DNA of 64,000 bases from NCBI GenBank assembly GCA_965203295.1, contig CBDBCZ010000018.1, positions 896,001 to 960,000 on the forward strand, given 5' to 3'. The stretch comes from Nitrospirales bacterium (GTDB lineage: Bacteria > Nitrospirota > Nitrospiria > Nitrospirales > UBA8639). The notes beneath the pieces are model-generated. The model ran no database searches, was not told the DNA's origin, and was given only the letters and a program-made list of their open reading frames with translations. Positions 28,401 to 42,038 of the stretch are shown here, in pieces (the first letter of the stretch is position 1; every line of letters begins with the position of its first letter). The position numbers were made by a program, and so were the translations under genes.

Positions 28401-31400
28401 CCACTGCATCAGCCACAACTAAAAGTATGACAAATATCTGTTCAACCTCATTGATAGTATCATCTACTATTCTGATAGCAATTGTCTGAACAGCTGCATT
28501 TCCAGCTGGGAATGTGATTGAAATTCCGGTATTGCTGAAGTCTTGAATACCTGATGAAACAAGAGCTAATTAATATCTGTATACATGCATGCTCCTTACA
28601 TTATTATGCTTCTACTTACTTGTGGCATTGATTGGTCGTCTGGGATTGTAATTTGGAACAAAAGGAATTACATCAAGAACGGGTGACTGTGAGTTATTTA
28701 CAGAAGCATAGTTCACTGGAGTAGCCACAACCGTCAGGTCAGTGGCTATGTTAGTAAGCAGCTGCACTAATGGACGTATAAACCCCATTCCTTCGACAGT
28801 TGCGTAGTCTGGGTTGGCAAATTGGAGAACAGCAGCTGGAGATATAAAGTTTGGAGTCCACATAATATATATATATATATTGCAATAGCTTGCATACCCT
28901 TAACAGTCACAATTTTGCATGTGGTGGGTCACTGAGTGAGAAACACTCTAACTACACTAGTCTTGCAATTCCCAAAATCTGGTATGTGCTGTACTCTGAC
29001 TTGTAAGATACCCCAGAGAAAGGGCATAACCATACCTAGACAGGAACTCCTTTTAACAGATTTTTGTACTCTTACATAAATAGAGAAGCTGTGAATGCAC
29101 GGTGCGGCTATCTAGATTATTGGGATCATCAAAGTTGCAGCAATGACAAGGTTAGCAAGGACTTGAAAGAAGGCTATCACAAACTTGACCCCTCAGCATT
29201 TATGAATATGTATTAAATATGTATGGTACACTCTCCAAAATATCATTTAAAATGAATAGTTGCATGTGCTCTCTCTGGACAATGGATGCTTCATACCATG
29301 ACCACAATATTAGATGATCCATACTTTTAGTAGTACGCTACTATACCTTCTCTGTCTTCAATCACAACTCGAATTGTGAGAATTGCAAATGTATTGGGGG
29401 CTGCAGCATTCAGTGCAGCAACTGCAGCAGCATTGGCACCCATCAGAGTCAGTGTGAAATCTTCAGGTCGCTCCAATGCTATTCTGTCAACTCGAATGAG
29501 GGTCTGAATTCTGGCTGGTACAGTAGCATCATCTATTGTTACACTCCTAGAAACAGATGGAACTATGAAGTCAAAGTTGGGGCCCTCCCCTGCAATGGAT
29601 AGAGGTTGGAGCATTTAGATACTGTATCCATCATATTATATCATATACATGTCATGTCCATGTAGATTTCACATTTTTTGTGTAGTCTGAAATTGCAAAT
29701 TAAAAAAAGAAGGAAAGTGGGCATGATGGGAGGCAAACAGACTCTATGAGTGAAACCATGTAGAGGTAGGCAGAGGAAGACTTGGAAGAGAGTAATTATT
29801 TCCACTGCCTACCACTATGTGGTTTCACTGCCCACATATTATTCCACCAATAAGGTGCACTCTTAGCTATCCTCCTATACCTCTTAAAGACTCTAGCCTC
29901 ATATCCCCCTTACTGCTTCACTGCACATTTTAGAAGAGCAACCAAGTATTGATCTTTGATCCACATCCTTCCTTTGTAGCTTACATTAGCCTAACCTACT
30001 CCCCCTCTCCTCTACGTATTACTCTCTGAAAAACCATAAAGGTTCTGAAAATTTCTGTATACTGTATAGTGAGCGTTTTTTGTGCAGTATATACCACATG
30101 ACAATACCTGATACACTATTAATAGCTGCTTATACATGTACCATGTGAATGGTGGACAGACATACGTAATTGGTATAAATCTGTTACCACTTCCTACATG
30201 TGGAATCGGTATGCATTGTTGCATTAGCCAGCTCAATCAGCCTTGTATACATCCTAGCTGAACAGCCATAAGTTGTTGGATACCCATGCATTCACTTACC
30301 TGCTGTTCCTTCTGTTACTGTGATAGTGAAACGTAATTGTCTTCTAGCATCCTGCTGCAAAAATTCTTCAAAAGGTGCTCCTTTAATAAACCCTGCTTCC
30401 AGCATAGTAACATCAGCACGCTCTTCAATTGAAACGTCAGACCCATCAAGCCATCCAAACACTGCCATGATAGAGAGACATGCACGGCATGAGTGAGAGT
30501 GCATCGTATAGTGTGCTAAATCGCAAGCCAGTGTAACCATAGGTGGCAAACAGAGGGTGGGTGCATACATGTATGAAAATTTTGATTCTGAAGTGAATTT
30601 ATCCATGTGGCTATGCAGACTGTGGTAGTGACACTTTAGCTACGAGTGTAGGGAGGGTCTGGGGCTGAGACTACTTTTAAAAGTTAGCAGGCATCACTAA
30701 ATTATAGCTACTTTGAGTTCAGAGAAAACAAAGGGACAGATTACAGCTCCGTAATTAAAGTGCACCAGCTAGCGAAACAGTAGCTATGTGTGCAACCTGA
30801 ACCCTTCAGGGAAGAGATATGGGGGGGCTTCCCCCCCCCCCCCTTAAAAAAAAGAAAATTGTTTGGTTGATTAATATTCTACTTTATCTGGCTAATGCAA
30901 TGTTGTCAGGCTCTGCATCTGAGCTGCACTATATACGTATGCACGTATGTGGACTGCTTCATCCATGATCACTCAGGGACACATCACCTCCCCCCCCCCC
31001 ACTTATTGGCAGTTGTCTCTTCCTGTCATTAGTTCATATTGCAAAGGATCTGTAGTATAGATGTGAAGCTGCACCCACTTCCAGTCATACATGTTTTAGT
31101 GCCAGTTCATCTGAAAATATAATGGTGTCCAATCATTCTTTGCTTGCAGAACCTAAAAGGTTGCCATACAAAAGTGATATAGCACTGAATAAAAGTTCAC
31201 ACAACTACTCACATTTCCCCCCACTCAAGACTGTTATGTGGCAATCAGTATAGATACTTAGCAGTGTGACACGAGCAATATAATTATATAGTGACACTTG
31301 CATTAGACTGCATTACATTACTGTGCATGTGACCTTCAAAATCGTGAAAGAAGTGAAGTCGTATATTCTATAGCTTATGGCACTGTAGCAACTTACCAAT

Positions 31401-31570
31401 GCAAGCTTGACAGGATTGGTCCCCAGATGTCTGCGTGTAGAACAGCCCAGAAGAGGATTGCACACAGCATTCTTCAATGCTTCCAGCCGTGAAACTAGCA
31501 TCAGAGCTTCCACACCTTAATTCACCGGCAGTTGAAGGAGCGGTGAAGCATTGGACCTGTTGTGCTATTA
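22418..31570 (-). CDS. Calx-beta/sushi multidomain extracellular protein, module A2 (6-Cys, 4 Calx-beta, 2 sushi, 2 Calx-beta, Cys/Arg tail)
   Basis: Exons ~31570-31397, 30463-30300, 29590-29347, 28835-28619, 28550-28335, 27442-27028, 26960-26802, 26737-26505, sushi 25993-25811, sushi 25223-25042 (1-bp deletion near 25186), 24396-24257, 24197-23988, 23924-23783, 23176-22976 and last exon 22539-22418. Calx-beta DD-x-x-x-E-x-x-E-x-F motifs are present and the introns checked are phase 1. Confidence 0.82.
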
Positions 31571-32603
31571 CTGAAAGAGAGAGTAAAATTATGATGATAT
31601 TGTTGTGCTACAAACACCACAAAACCTTTTCACATTGGCTCCTTATGGGTTTTGAAGACAGTTCTTCTTTGTCAATACCACTCCATGCAAATAGCTACTA
31701 AGGCAATGAGACAGCAACATCCAACCATCCACCATTTTTGCCCTATCAGTAGCTAGTGTTCAATTACAAAAGTGAACACACAGAAAAGGCAAGCTAAGTT
31801 AAACTGGCTGTTGAATGTTTATATAGAGACATGATGTTTTGTACATGCAATCATGCTGATACTTATGCATGTGGGGCATTGTTCAGTTTATGAACGTTTA
31901 TACAGGGCTCTGCCCAAATGAATGCACTGAATAAACTCATTCATCCTCTAATCTAATGGTCTGAGCAAGAAGCATATAGTACCCTGTATATAGTCAGTAA
32001 TAGTCAGAGGGGAATCTCGTAGATATTATAACTTGTGTGTGATATGACATTGGGTAGAGATTTGACATTGTAACATATAGATGGTTATGCTGGAATGTGT
32101 GAAGTGATCGACTTCAAAGACCTAAACCAAAGTATGTTTTTAATCTAATGTCCATATGTAATATGTACAACACGTTCCATTATCGATAATCAATCAAAAT
32201 ATAATTTATACAAACAAATTATGCAGCAGCTCTTAGTGGGCCACCTTCAAGAATGATGTTTATAATAGCATCTCATTATTCCAGTTGTTATTTTCGCAGT
32301 ACAGGCTGGCTCCTATTGTTTTAGTAGAAAATTTAGTTTTGGTTTTAGTTAGTCAACGATAAAAAAAGGGCTACTGAAAAACTTTAAATATTAGTGAACC
32401 ATAACTAAATGGGTTGATTTTAGTGGAAAAGTATTTGTAGTTTATTCCAAGGAGCCAGTATTTTTGAAGTTTAGTTTTAGTTATTTAACTAAATCTGTTT
32501 TTCCTCCTACTAAAATGGTTTTTTGTTTTTAGTTTCAGTTAACTAAAACAACACTATTTTAACCCCTAACAAAAATTACTGTAGGAAACTGGGAGGGAGC
32601 TCA

Positions 32604-35600
32604 CCTTCATCATCAAAGATATCAACTTGTACACGTGGTTCGATAATAAGCACATTAAATCCCATGGGATTGGTAAGTGAGCCAAAAAAACTCTCAGTCG
32701 TTTCCAGCACATCATCTTCAATGAGGGGCACTGTCACAAACATCTCAGTGTCCGATGTCATGAATGTTAATGTCTGGGATATACTCATGAAATCTGTTCC
32801 AACTATATGTGATGAAAAGACACACACCATTATAATTATATGACAATATATGTAGTAACAAATCCAAGCAATTCACTTTGTGTTGTGTCAACGGTCATGA
32901 CAAAGGTGGAGTAACCCTGTCATACATCGGCACAACTTTTCCGGAAGGTTGAGATATCAACAACACTTATAAAACTTTAGTGAAACAATGTCCAGTTTGA
33001 CCCAACACAACTCAGACATGCTATGAATAAGTGCAGACAAACAACACTGCTCAGGACACAACAATTAATTTTACGAACCTCAACCCATTAAAATGCCATA
33101 AACCAGGCAAGCTCTGAAGATGGGTCTGTGCCCAGTCACCAGGCTGCTGTTTGGCATGCTATAGCATTCTTATGGTCAACCCAACATAAACCAATGAGCC
33201 CAGACTTATAAACAACACATGTACACTGAGCAACTACCCTTCACTGGTTACTCATGAGACATGCAATATTTTGGTAACATTATTTATGCACATTTGTGGT
33301 AATGATGACCTTACCAAAGGTGCATATCTTAGCTAAAGGCAGATACCAATAATTATGTGTTACTGTGTTCAGCATGACTAACTAGCCCATCACTCTGCAC
33401 TCACCCATTGCACTGCCAGACTCGGTACTGAAGTCCACACTGACTGGCTGTGGATTGTCCCCGGCCTTCGTAATCCTAAGTCTGGCAGTGCCATCTGCCT
33501 CAAGGACGCCGAACAATACTGGTTCAAATCCGATCTGAATTTCTATTGCTGTAGAGGAAGGGTGGCACATGTAATGTGATGATGGGTACTGAGTTGCCAG
33601 GGTTACCAGCATGAGTCAGCTGCTGACAATTATCTATGTAAAGCCATCATGTGATATGGCCTTATGCCCTATATATTTGACACACAAAATCTGAGATTGG
33701 TCTGGGAATATATGTAGCTTCAAACTTCAAACCTTCATTCCGTTCCATATACATGTGTACTGCAGGCAAGTGTGATTGACACAAGGCAGATTGCAACTGA
33801 GACAATTTATTGTGTGTAACCAATCCTGGCATTTGCTATATTCTTGCAATAATCATGCAGTGTACTCACGCCTGCAGGAAGGTGGATCTGGTATAAATGT
33901 CGCAGTGTTATCATCCACTTGTGCGCATGTGGTGGTTGTAACTCCGATCAGCTCAAAGCCCAGGTCACAGGTGTAGGTAGCAGTGTCACCAACAGAGTTG
34001 CCAGTGAATGTCCTCATACCATTGACAATGGCAGCTGGATCAGGGCACAATACTAGTGCTGCAGAGCAAGATTGAAGGAAATAATGTCATTAGTTTGTAC
34101 ACTGCCCAGTTTATTGGACAAAGTGATTTACATGACTCCACACTGAGATTAGAGCTACTTACACTACAGACACTTGCCATTATTGTCCAGTATCTCCACA
34201 AATATCACGTTTGGATCAAGTTGAACATTGGTAGGGAAGTCGAAGACAAAAGGATCTGGAACAACTTCTACACTGAAGAACTCCACTCCCTCCAGTAAAT
34301 TATCATTAACAATTACAACCTCAATGCATGTTCGACGGGTGTCATCATCGATGATATCAAAGAAGAGATCATTGACAGCTTGAAGTGCAACATAGTCACC
34401 GGGATCTTCATGTAAGGATGAACGAGGAAAAATATAATTCAATTCTGATTATAGGCAAACTCTTGAGATAACTCACCAACAGCAGTGCCACGAATGGAGT
34501 TGGCAGCAAGACTCACTTGAAATCCTTCTGGAAATTCTACCTCATCATTAATGTTTAAGACACGTACACAAAGTTCGAGCATCGATTGCCCTTCATTTAC
34601 ACTGGTGACATTTTGTTCCCATCCAATTATCACATCTATTGGGCAAAAAAAAAATGTAGACTTGATCTTACACAAATATTACGTATAGGCATCGTAAGGC
34701 CATAAAACAAAGTTATCATACCAACAACTGTAGTATTTCAAGGAAGATTGAAGTTACATTTGTGAAGTGCAGTTCAAACTTTTCTGAGCCGCAAACAATC
34801 ACACGATATTATATCAACTTACCATCATCATCTATAATGACAATAGTTGCTGCGGTAAAGAGACTACCACCACTAGCTCCAAGACTGACACTACTAGATG
34901 CGAGTCCCAGGGACAGTAGGATTTGAAATGTTTCCGTAGGTTCAGGAACACTATCATCCAATAGTTCAAACGCATATCCTATCTCTTGTTCCTCAGGATC
35001 AAAATCCTGCCTTTGTACTCGTGGATTGGCAGCAAAATCTTGACCTGGAGGATCTACTCGTGCAGCCCCAAAACCACTTCCAAGTATAAGTGTGGCAATC
35101 ACTGCAAATGTAAGTTCTGATTTCTGGTCGTTTTCTTTAATGATTGGAATTCGAGTCAGGTCACCAGTGGCATCAGCTTCAAGCACTGTATATCTCTCTT
35201 GCTCAAACCCAATATTGAGGGCTGTACAAGAAAAAATATATACAATAAAGATAATCTCCAAAAAACGGTTGTAGAATATTTGAGAATTCATTATTGTTGG
35301 TACACAGCAGTGTATTGTATGCACCTCTTGTTCCTTCTAGAGAGAGTGTTCATTAATGTAAGGCCCATATAGAGATATGATCAAGGAAGCTTTAGAGTAA
35401 CCCAGAGGTCCTGTTTTTGACGATTTTAGCAATGAATTTGAAGCTGTACTGTTTCTTCACTAGCCACAAGATCTATAGTGTATAACAAGTTACCACTCAT
35501 GAGAGCCCTGAAGTCCAGTTCGTTTTCTGATTAGCTTCGTGCAAAGTAATGCATATTGTTGGCTGTTACAGGAAACTCAGTGCATACTCAGAAGCCACTG

Positions 35601-38600
35601 GTCCAGGAGTACTCTCCAACCTTCCTACACCTCCACTCTCTCGTTTTTGCAAGTTTTGCAAAACAGCCTAGACTCAGATAGTGAATTCAGAGATGCTTAA
35701 ATGCCTCATAGCAATTTTTTGCTCAGGTGCAAATTTATTTTAAATGCAGTATATATATTTTCTTTAAAAATAAAACTGCTTCAACCTTGGTCTACTCCGT
35801 TGCTGCAGATCTAGCTACTTTCATCGTGCAGGTGTTAAAATAACTGTATTATACAATCTAAACTTTCAATGTTTTATTTGCTAACGCTTAGAAAGTGCAG
35901 TTACAAATGTTTATTATACTTTCTGTTTACATTCCCTTGTAATTTTGGTCCCTTACGATCATTATCAAAGATTCTTGCCAGACTGACAAAACGTTCACTC
36001 GTTAGATCAACTCTGGCTGGATCCACTGCATCAACCAACTCCAAGAGTAGTGCAAAATTCTGCTCCGCTTCGTTAATGGTATCATTCACTATTCTGATAC
36101 CGGGATCAAGTATTCTAGTATGTGCATTCCCAGCTGGAAATGTGATTGACACTGGTGTGGTAGAGAAGTCATCGTCACCTGTAAATCAATGGTATGAGAC
36201 GATCACTACTTTGTAGGTGATAAAAGTCTACTTCTGAGCTTACGTGTGGCAATGTTGGGTGCCCTAGGGTTGAAAGCCTCAAGAGGTGGGAGGGCAGATG
36301 TCAAATTACGTTCCATCACTTCACCAATACTTAATGGAACTATTTGCACTGTCAGATCAGTAGCTATTTCAGTAAGCAGTTGCACCACAGGTAAAATGAA
36401 CAGCAAATTTTCGGGACTGGAATACTCAGGTACAGTGAACCGAAGTACGGCATCTAAATAACAATTGAGTGCATAATATAATGCACAATACAGTACTATG
36501 AATATTTACTTAGTTATTCAAAATTGTGTGGTACTACAGGCTGAGTACTGTTATGAGGATCGTCAGAAGCAAGCCAATTTATAGGCAAGGAATCCGATAT
36601 AAACCAATTTTAACCCTCAAAACCTAATACATTGCCTACAACATCATCACCAATTTTCTATAGCATGCTAGCTTATTTTGTATGAAAGTGCTACCAGCCT
36701 AACATCGCAAAGTGTAAATACGTAATTCTCTGAGCTCATTGGTCAGTCTGAGCTATGCATTATACAATAGTCTAGCATGTACACATCCACAATGGCATCC
36801 AGTTGCATGTGATGACGGCACAGTAATTTACTAACTTACCCTCTACATCTTCGATGATAACACGTAGTGATGGAAGCACAAAATGGCCAGGCGTTGTTAG
36901 GGCTAATATAGCTCTTCCGGCATTATTGCGTGCCACCAAGGTCAGTGTAAAAAACTCGGGTGGTTCAAGCGCTACACCATCAATTCGAATAAAGGTAAAA
37001 AGCTCGGCTGGGTTTCTGGCATCTGGCCCTGTAATCTCAAATGATTGTGGTGCAATTATAAAATCAGCATTGGAACCTTCCGCTGCAAAATGAATCAATA
37101 AAATGAATGAACCTATAAATAGTTCCTTTGTCAGCTTGATCTGCCCCATAGAAAACTGCTGTTGGTTTACTGTCTTCTTGTGACACTTTAGTCACTTGAC
37201 AACAATAGCAATACCAATGTGATGTAATTGGGGGGGGGGGGGGGGGGAGGGTGAGGAAGGCGGCACTAAATGGGAAAATTACATGAAAATGTACGCTATT
37301 GTGTTTTCATGTAAACTTTAAACACAAAACCACAAAACCATCATGTTTCCATGTAAACTTTCCATTCATTGCTTTTTCCCCATGATTACATCATACAATC
37401 TATTTTGGTGATGCTATAATTAAGCTGAGATAGTGGTAGCTACACTTTCAAGAAACTTTAGCGAGGATTTCAACAGATACTGTTACTTGAGCTGTTACTA
37501 CTGCAGCTTTAAATTGCCTACTGCAGCATTGAGGCCACCTATTGTGACTTGAGGTCATCTACTGCAGCTTGAGGTAATGTACTGTGACTTGAGGTCACCT
37601 ACTGCAGCTTGAGGCCGCCTACTGCAGCTAGAGGTTGCCTATGCTGCTGCATATCCTTCTCGGCAGACATGTTAAATGTTTTTCAATAAGGGAACGGGAA
37701 AGTTTTCCCAAATCAAGATTTGTACTCAAGAGTTATACAGTCTTTGTGAATAGTTCCTATACCCGTACATGAAGTAACGAGTACGAATCCATAAAATTGC
37801 ACTTCTTGATGGGCTCCTAACATACTGCCACTGCTTTATATACCTTTCATGTTGGCTGAATACACTTCAACTTACTTGCAGCTCCTGTAATGGTTAGGCC
37901 GAAACGTGCAGTGTTTCTTCTGTCTATGTCTGTCAGTGTTTGCACAATCCCTCCTTTGATAAATCCAACCAACGTGAGTATAGCATCGCCTTGCTCTGGG
38001 CGAGTAATCTCCGAATCTCCAACAAATCCAAACACTACAACAAAGAAAGACAGCTTTGATTGTAATTTCTGTGTATCTGGACTACCACAAGAGACAGTTC
38101 TTTTCTAGAGTAAAGTCTAGCCAGACAGTGTAGTACAACTAATGACACAGACCAAAATTGGCTTTAAAATGGTGATTTTTGAAAATAAGCACAAGTTCAA
38201 GCTCAAAACCCACACAATAGACAAATATGTGCAATCTGCGCATGCGAAGGACGGGGTTGTGTAGCCTTGTTTCACTATAACTTAAAATGGCGTGAAACGG
38301 TAAACGTCCACTCAAAAGTGCTCGTGAACTGCGCGTGTGTTAATTTGAAAATGTTATGCCATAAACGCACTACCTGAGGGTCATGCAATCATGCCCGTTC
38401 TTGTTGGTGATCACTGCAGCTATTATTGTGCCAGCCTGGCTACTGCAGCAATGGTTTGAGATGGTATGTAGCCACACTAACAATCTTGTTTGCTCATGTT
38501 CAAAGCTGAGTGGTATGGCTTATGACTACATCTAGAGCAGAGGTCTGTCTGTATGATGTTGTACACGTCACATATGGGGCGGCCATTATCTTTTATCAAG

Positions 38601-39336
38601 AAAATATTGCCCAAAAATGCATAACAGCAAGTAGAGCTGACAGTACATATATAGCTATAGGTATTTCTATTTGTGACATAAAAAGAAAACACAAAAAGTA
38701 ACAAAAGGATAAACTTGCTACGTTTTACAGTATGAACTTTCTATACGAAATCCTCTTAAATTGAATGCAGCATTAGTTCATTCAGTAGGCATTAGAATTC
38801 CACCACTCCTATAGCCCTTTATGTACAATCCTTATCAAAGTCTGTAAATAAATGTGTCTCACCATAATAATACAGAGAGAGAGTAAAATAGATTAGGACC
38901 TAGCCTATCGTAAGACATTTACTGTGATCAAAGGTGCTGGGACTTGAAGATCCAAGGGAGATGTTAATGGACAATACAACAAATTGCCTCATTCCCAAGC
39001 CTTAATTTCCCGCACAAGTCAATGGAGTAGACTTTTCATGCATGTAGATGAGGCTAAATGAATCCATTATCCTCCATGATTGAACAATATTTTGCAAAGT
39101 CAGTGTATAAATTGGATAAATATTATGGATGCGCTAATGAACGATCATTTGAACCTATCTTTCCATACCAATGCAGGCTGTACAAGATTCATCTGTTGTG
39201 GTGTCCTCAAAGAAAAACCCAGGGATCTCAATACAGCATTCTTCAATGGTTGCAGTTATGAAATTAGGAGTATTAGTGAAGCAATTCAATTCCCCAGCAA
39301 CAGAGGGTACAGTGTAGCATCTGACCTGTGCATTTC
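32604..39336 (-). CDS. Calx-beta/sushi protein, module A1 (6-Cys, 4 Calx-beta, sushi, Calx-beta); no last exon seen, so possibly the 5' half of A2
   Basis: Exons ~39336-39169, 38035-37877, 37082-36840, 36453-36244, 36177-35956, 35221-34822, 34635-34477, 34406-34175, sushi 34055-33870, 33548-33404 and 32802-32605. Confidence 0.8.
37490..37645. repeat. Intronic minisatellite, ~21-bp unit
   Basis: About 7 copies of a cctactgcagcttgaggtca-like unit. Confidence 0.75.
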
Positions 39337-40121
39337 CTGTAGGGAGGAGAAAGTAGACTCCACGGAATTATTATGTTGTCCACAGATGAGCAGCTAGCTG
39401 AAAATGGCTTTATTAAATTAACTTCATGAATTGGTAGAAAGTCTTACTATTATATTATACTAGACGATGATCATCCTCCGATGATTATCGTTCATCGTTT
39501 TACAATCCCACACCTGGCATATTTATACCATTTCAATTTGACGAAACTGTATGGCATTCAGAGCCTTTGAAGTAATCATTCCTTCAACATTGAAACCATT
39601 ATATTAATGAAAGCACAGCTATAGCTTAAAATATAGTACACATGTACTTTCGGTTATCGGTATACAATGTAGCATGGTAGTCAGTGCTGTATTATAACCA
39701 TACAGCACTCACAACCATGCTATGTGCGTTATAAATTATCCATTGGGTGCATTTCTATAACTTTAGGGGGGTGTTATAATCAAAATATAGCACTTCTAGC
39801 AGGTACTGCATAATTAATAAAATCACTGGTTACCTTAGCATGTAGTAGTGTAGGATACGTTGTACATTAGAAAAAATTCCAGTGTGGGGTCAGGTGCCTT
39901 GTGGAGTTTGATACAATAATTGGATGTTGGTGTGGATTGTAGTGTGTGTGTGGTTGTCAAGATGTTGGGATGGTAATCCGTGGAAGTTCTGTGGTGTCAT
40001 TTCTACCTTGTTCAGTTGTTCTTTCACGATTCCATCCCTACATGCTGTTTTACTTTCAATGATTATTCTAAAACTTGTTCCTGTTTATTTTTGGGAAGGG
40101 GAGGACCATTGTTTATATTAA

Positions 40122-41275
40122 CTCATTGCACGCCGTACACCGCTTAACTGGATATTGCGTAATCCTTCCGCCACACACCACTATGGTGGCTTTAGAAACG
40201 GCAAGTTAACTGTACTGCCAGGAGGGGCAACCCCTTCCTTTATTAGCCATGAAATTGAATAGAGGGATTACTAATAATGATGTAAGTGTGCCGAAAGTCG
40301 ATCTAATCTGTAATAGAACGGATACATACGGTAAACTAGAAGTCTCTAGCAGAGACATACCCCGCGGTGCATAATTCACAACTTGGAGCTGGCTGGACTG
40401 CAGACTGGGCTGATCGAGTAGTTGGCAAAGTGTACATGTATATCACTGGCTGTGTATCCGCACGCAGAGTGTACAGCGCTCGTGTACGCGTATATCCTAT
40501 GGGAAGTGGTGGGCGTGACTGATTGCCAATATGAACACGTGACCAGAGTCCGTATATGCCCGGCCTCTATCGTATTCTAGTTGTGACCGTATTAAAATGG
40601 CAGAATGCACCGTTGTTAAATAAGAAAGAGCTGTAGATACAGCGAATGGAACCGCTTTGGCGACTATCAGGTACACATCCGGACATTTTTTTTTGATTTC
40701 AATGTTACTGTCGTGTTTAGCAATCGCTTAACCCTATAAATCGCGAGATAGCCCGATTTTTGAGTGGACAGACACCTGACAGACGGACGGACGGACGGAC
40801 GGACGGACAGACAGAACCAATTGCTTAACCCCGCCGCCGCCTACGCGCCGCGGGGTAAATATACAACCGATCAAGACGGCTAGCTATGGCTACCTACATT
40901 GCTACGCAGTTAGTTGGGCTCTGTAGTCAACTTCACTGGTGGATACGATGGTAACTGGTTCAGGGGAGAGTCGGGGGCTTCAGTAGGACCATCGCTCTTT
41001 GCCGCCTGAGCGTGAAGACAACAGTTTCGTATCGAACTTACCGCGTATCCGGTTATCGCTCCTGAAGCCCTTCTTGGATCCAATCCGCCGCCCTTTTTGC
41101 CTTCAATGGCTGTATCCGATAGTCTTCTAACAAGTACAACGCAGAATTCGCTGGATACTTGACTCGGTAAGCGTAAAAATAGCCAAACATTGAGCTAAAA
41201 CTTTTAGTACGCCATTGTTGTAGAAATTATAGCGTGGAGCATCACGCGCGTGACGTAATTACGGCGTGCAATGAG
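40122..41275. mobile_element. Non-autonomous piggyBac-like element (TTAA TSD) with a nested Helentron-like insert
   Basis: TTAA|CTCATTGCACGCCGTA...TACGGCGTGCAATGAG|TTAA. It is absent from the paralogous site at ~56311-56320 (tatatcaatg). Confidence 0.88.
40336..40858 (-). mobile_element. Helentron-like (HINE) element, copy 2
   Basis: Near-identical to 2991-3571 with a shorter (GTCC)n, ending CTAG before a T-run. The empty site is visible in the host-element homologue at ~2040-2056, with no TSD. Confidence 0.8.
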
Positions 41276-41906
41276 TTAATGTGGTTGTGTGAGGCAATAT
41301 GTGGTAACGATTAAGGTGGAGTAGTACGTACAGTGGGTGTCTGGGTTTCATAGGGGGCAATTGTATCGATTGTATGTCAATCAATAGAGAGAGTGTAATA
41401 CTTTTTGCTTTGGGTGGACATTTGCTTAGGTTACTGGACTGGGACCACAGTGTAGTTGCTTATTGTTCTAAACATACCATTTTAATTTATACACTACTAC
41501 ACTTCCTGGAGACAAATGTATTATCAATGCACGGTACTAACATGTAGCCACACCCTTACTACACAATATAACATCATCAACGACCACACCCATAGACCCC
41601 ACACTGATGTGTGAGTGGAGACGTGGGACCTCTAAGTGAAAACTACAAACCGCAGAATTGTTGTCAGTATTGTCTTACTGTGATAACCATAAGCATATGG
41701 TTGTACTTCTTGTGTAGCTTTGTATGTAAACATTCGTCTATAGGTATGAGAGCTACATCAAGAAAACATGTTTTTGAGCTTCTCCCACAGGTACTTAAAC
41801 GTCCCAGATAATCACCGTAGCAAGGCGAATAGGTTTATACAAAGTAACACACACAGGAATTACCTATCGAATCCACATACTGCTTCGAATCTGTGTTGAT
41901 TATCAG

Positions 41907-42038
41907 TAGCCTCGTTCCCAGGCTCTCTGCCCAGCTTTTTTCGCACGTAGATTTTAGGCTCTCTGCCCAGCTTTTTTTCGCACGTAGATTTTACTACGTG
42001 CGAAAAAAAGCTGGGCAGAGAGCCTGGGAACGAGGCTA
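41907..42038. mobile_element. 132-bp palindromic Academ-type MITE with 9-bp TSD
   Basis: GATTATCAG|TAGCCTCGTTCCCAGGCTCTC...GAGAGCCTGGGAACGAGGCTA|GATTATCAG. The paralogous empty site has a single GATTATCAG at 56911-56919. Confidence 0.92.

Noticed and set aside
41551..41632. Candidate signal-peptide exon for module A1 (paralogue ~56560-56642)
   Set aside because: The hydrophobic frame has no suitable ATG or phase-1 donor, so the first coding exon remains unlocated.
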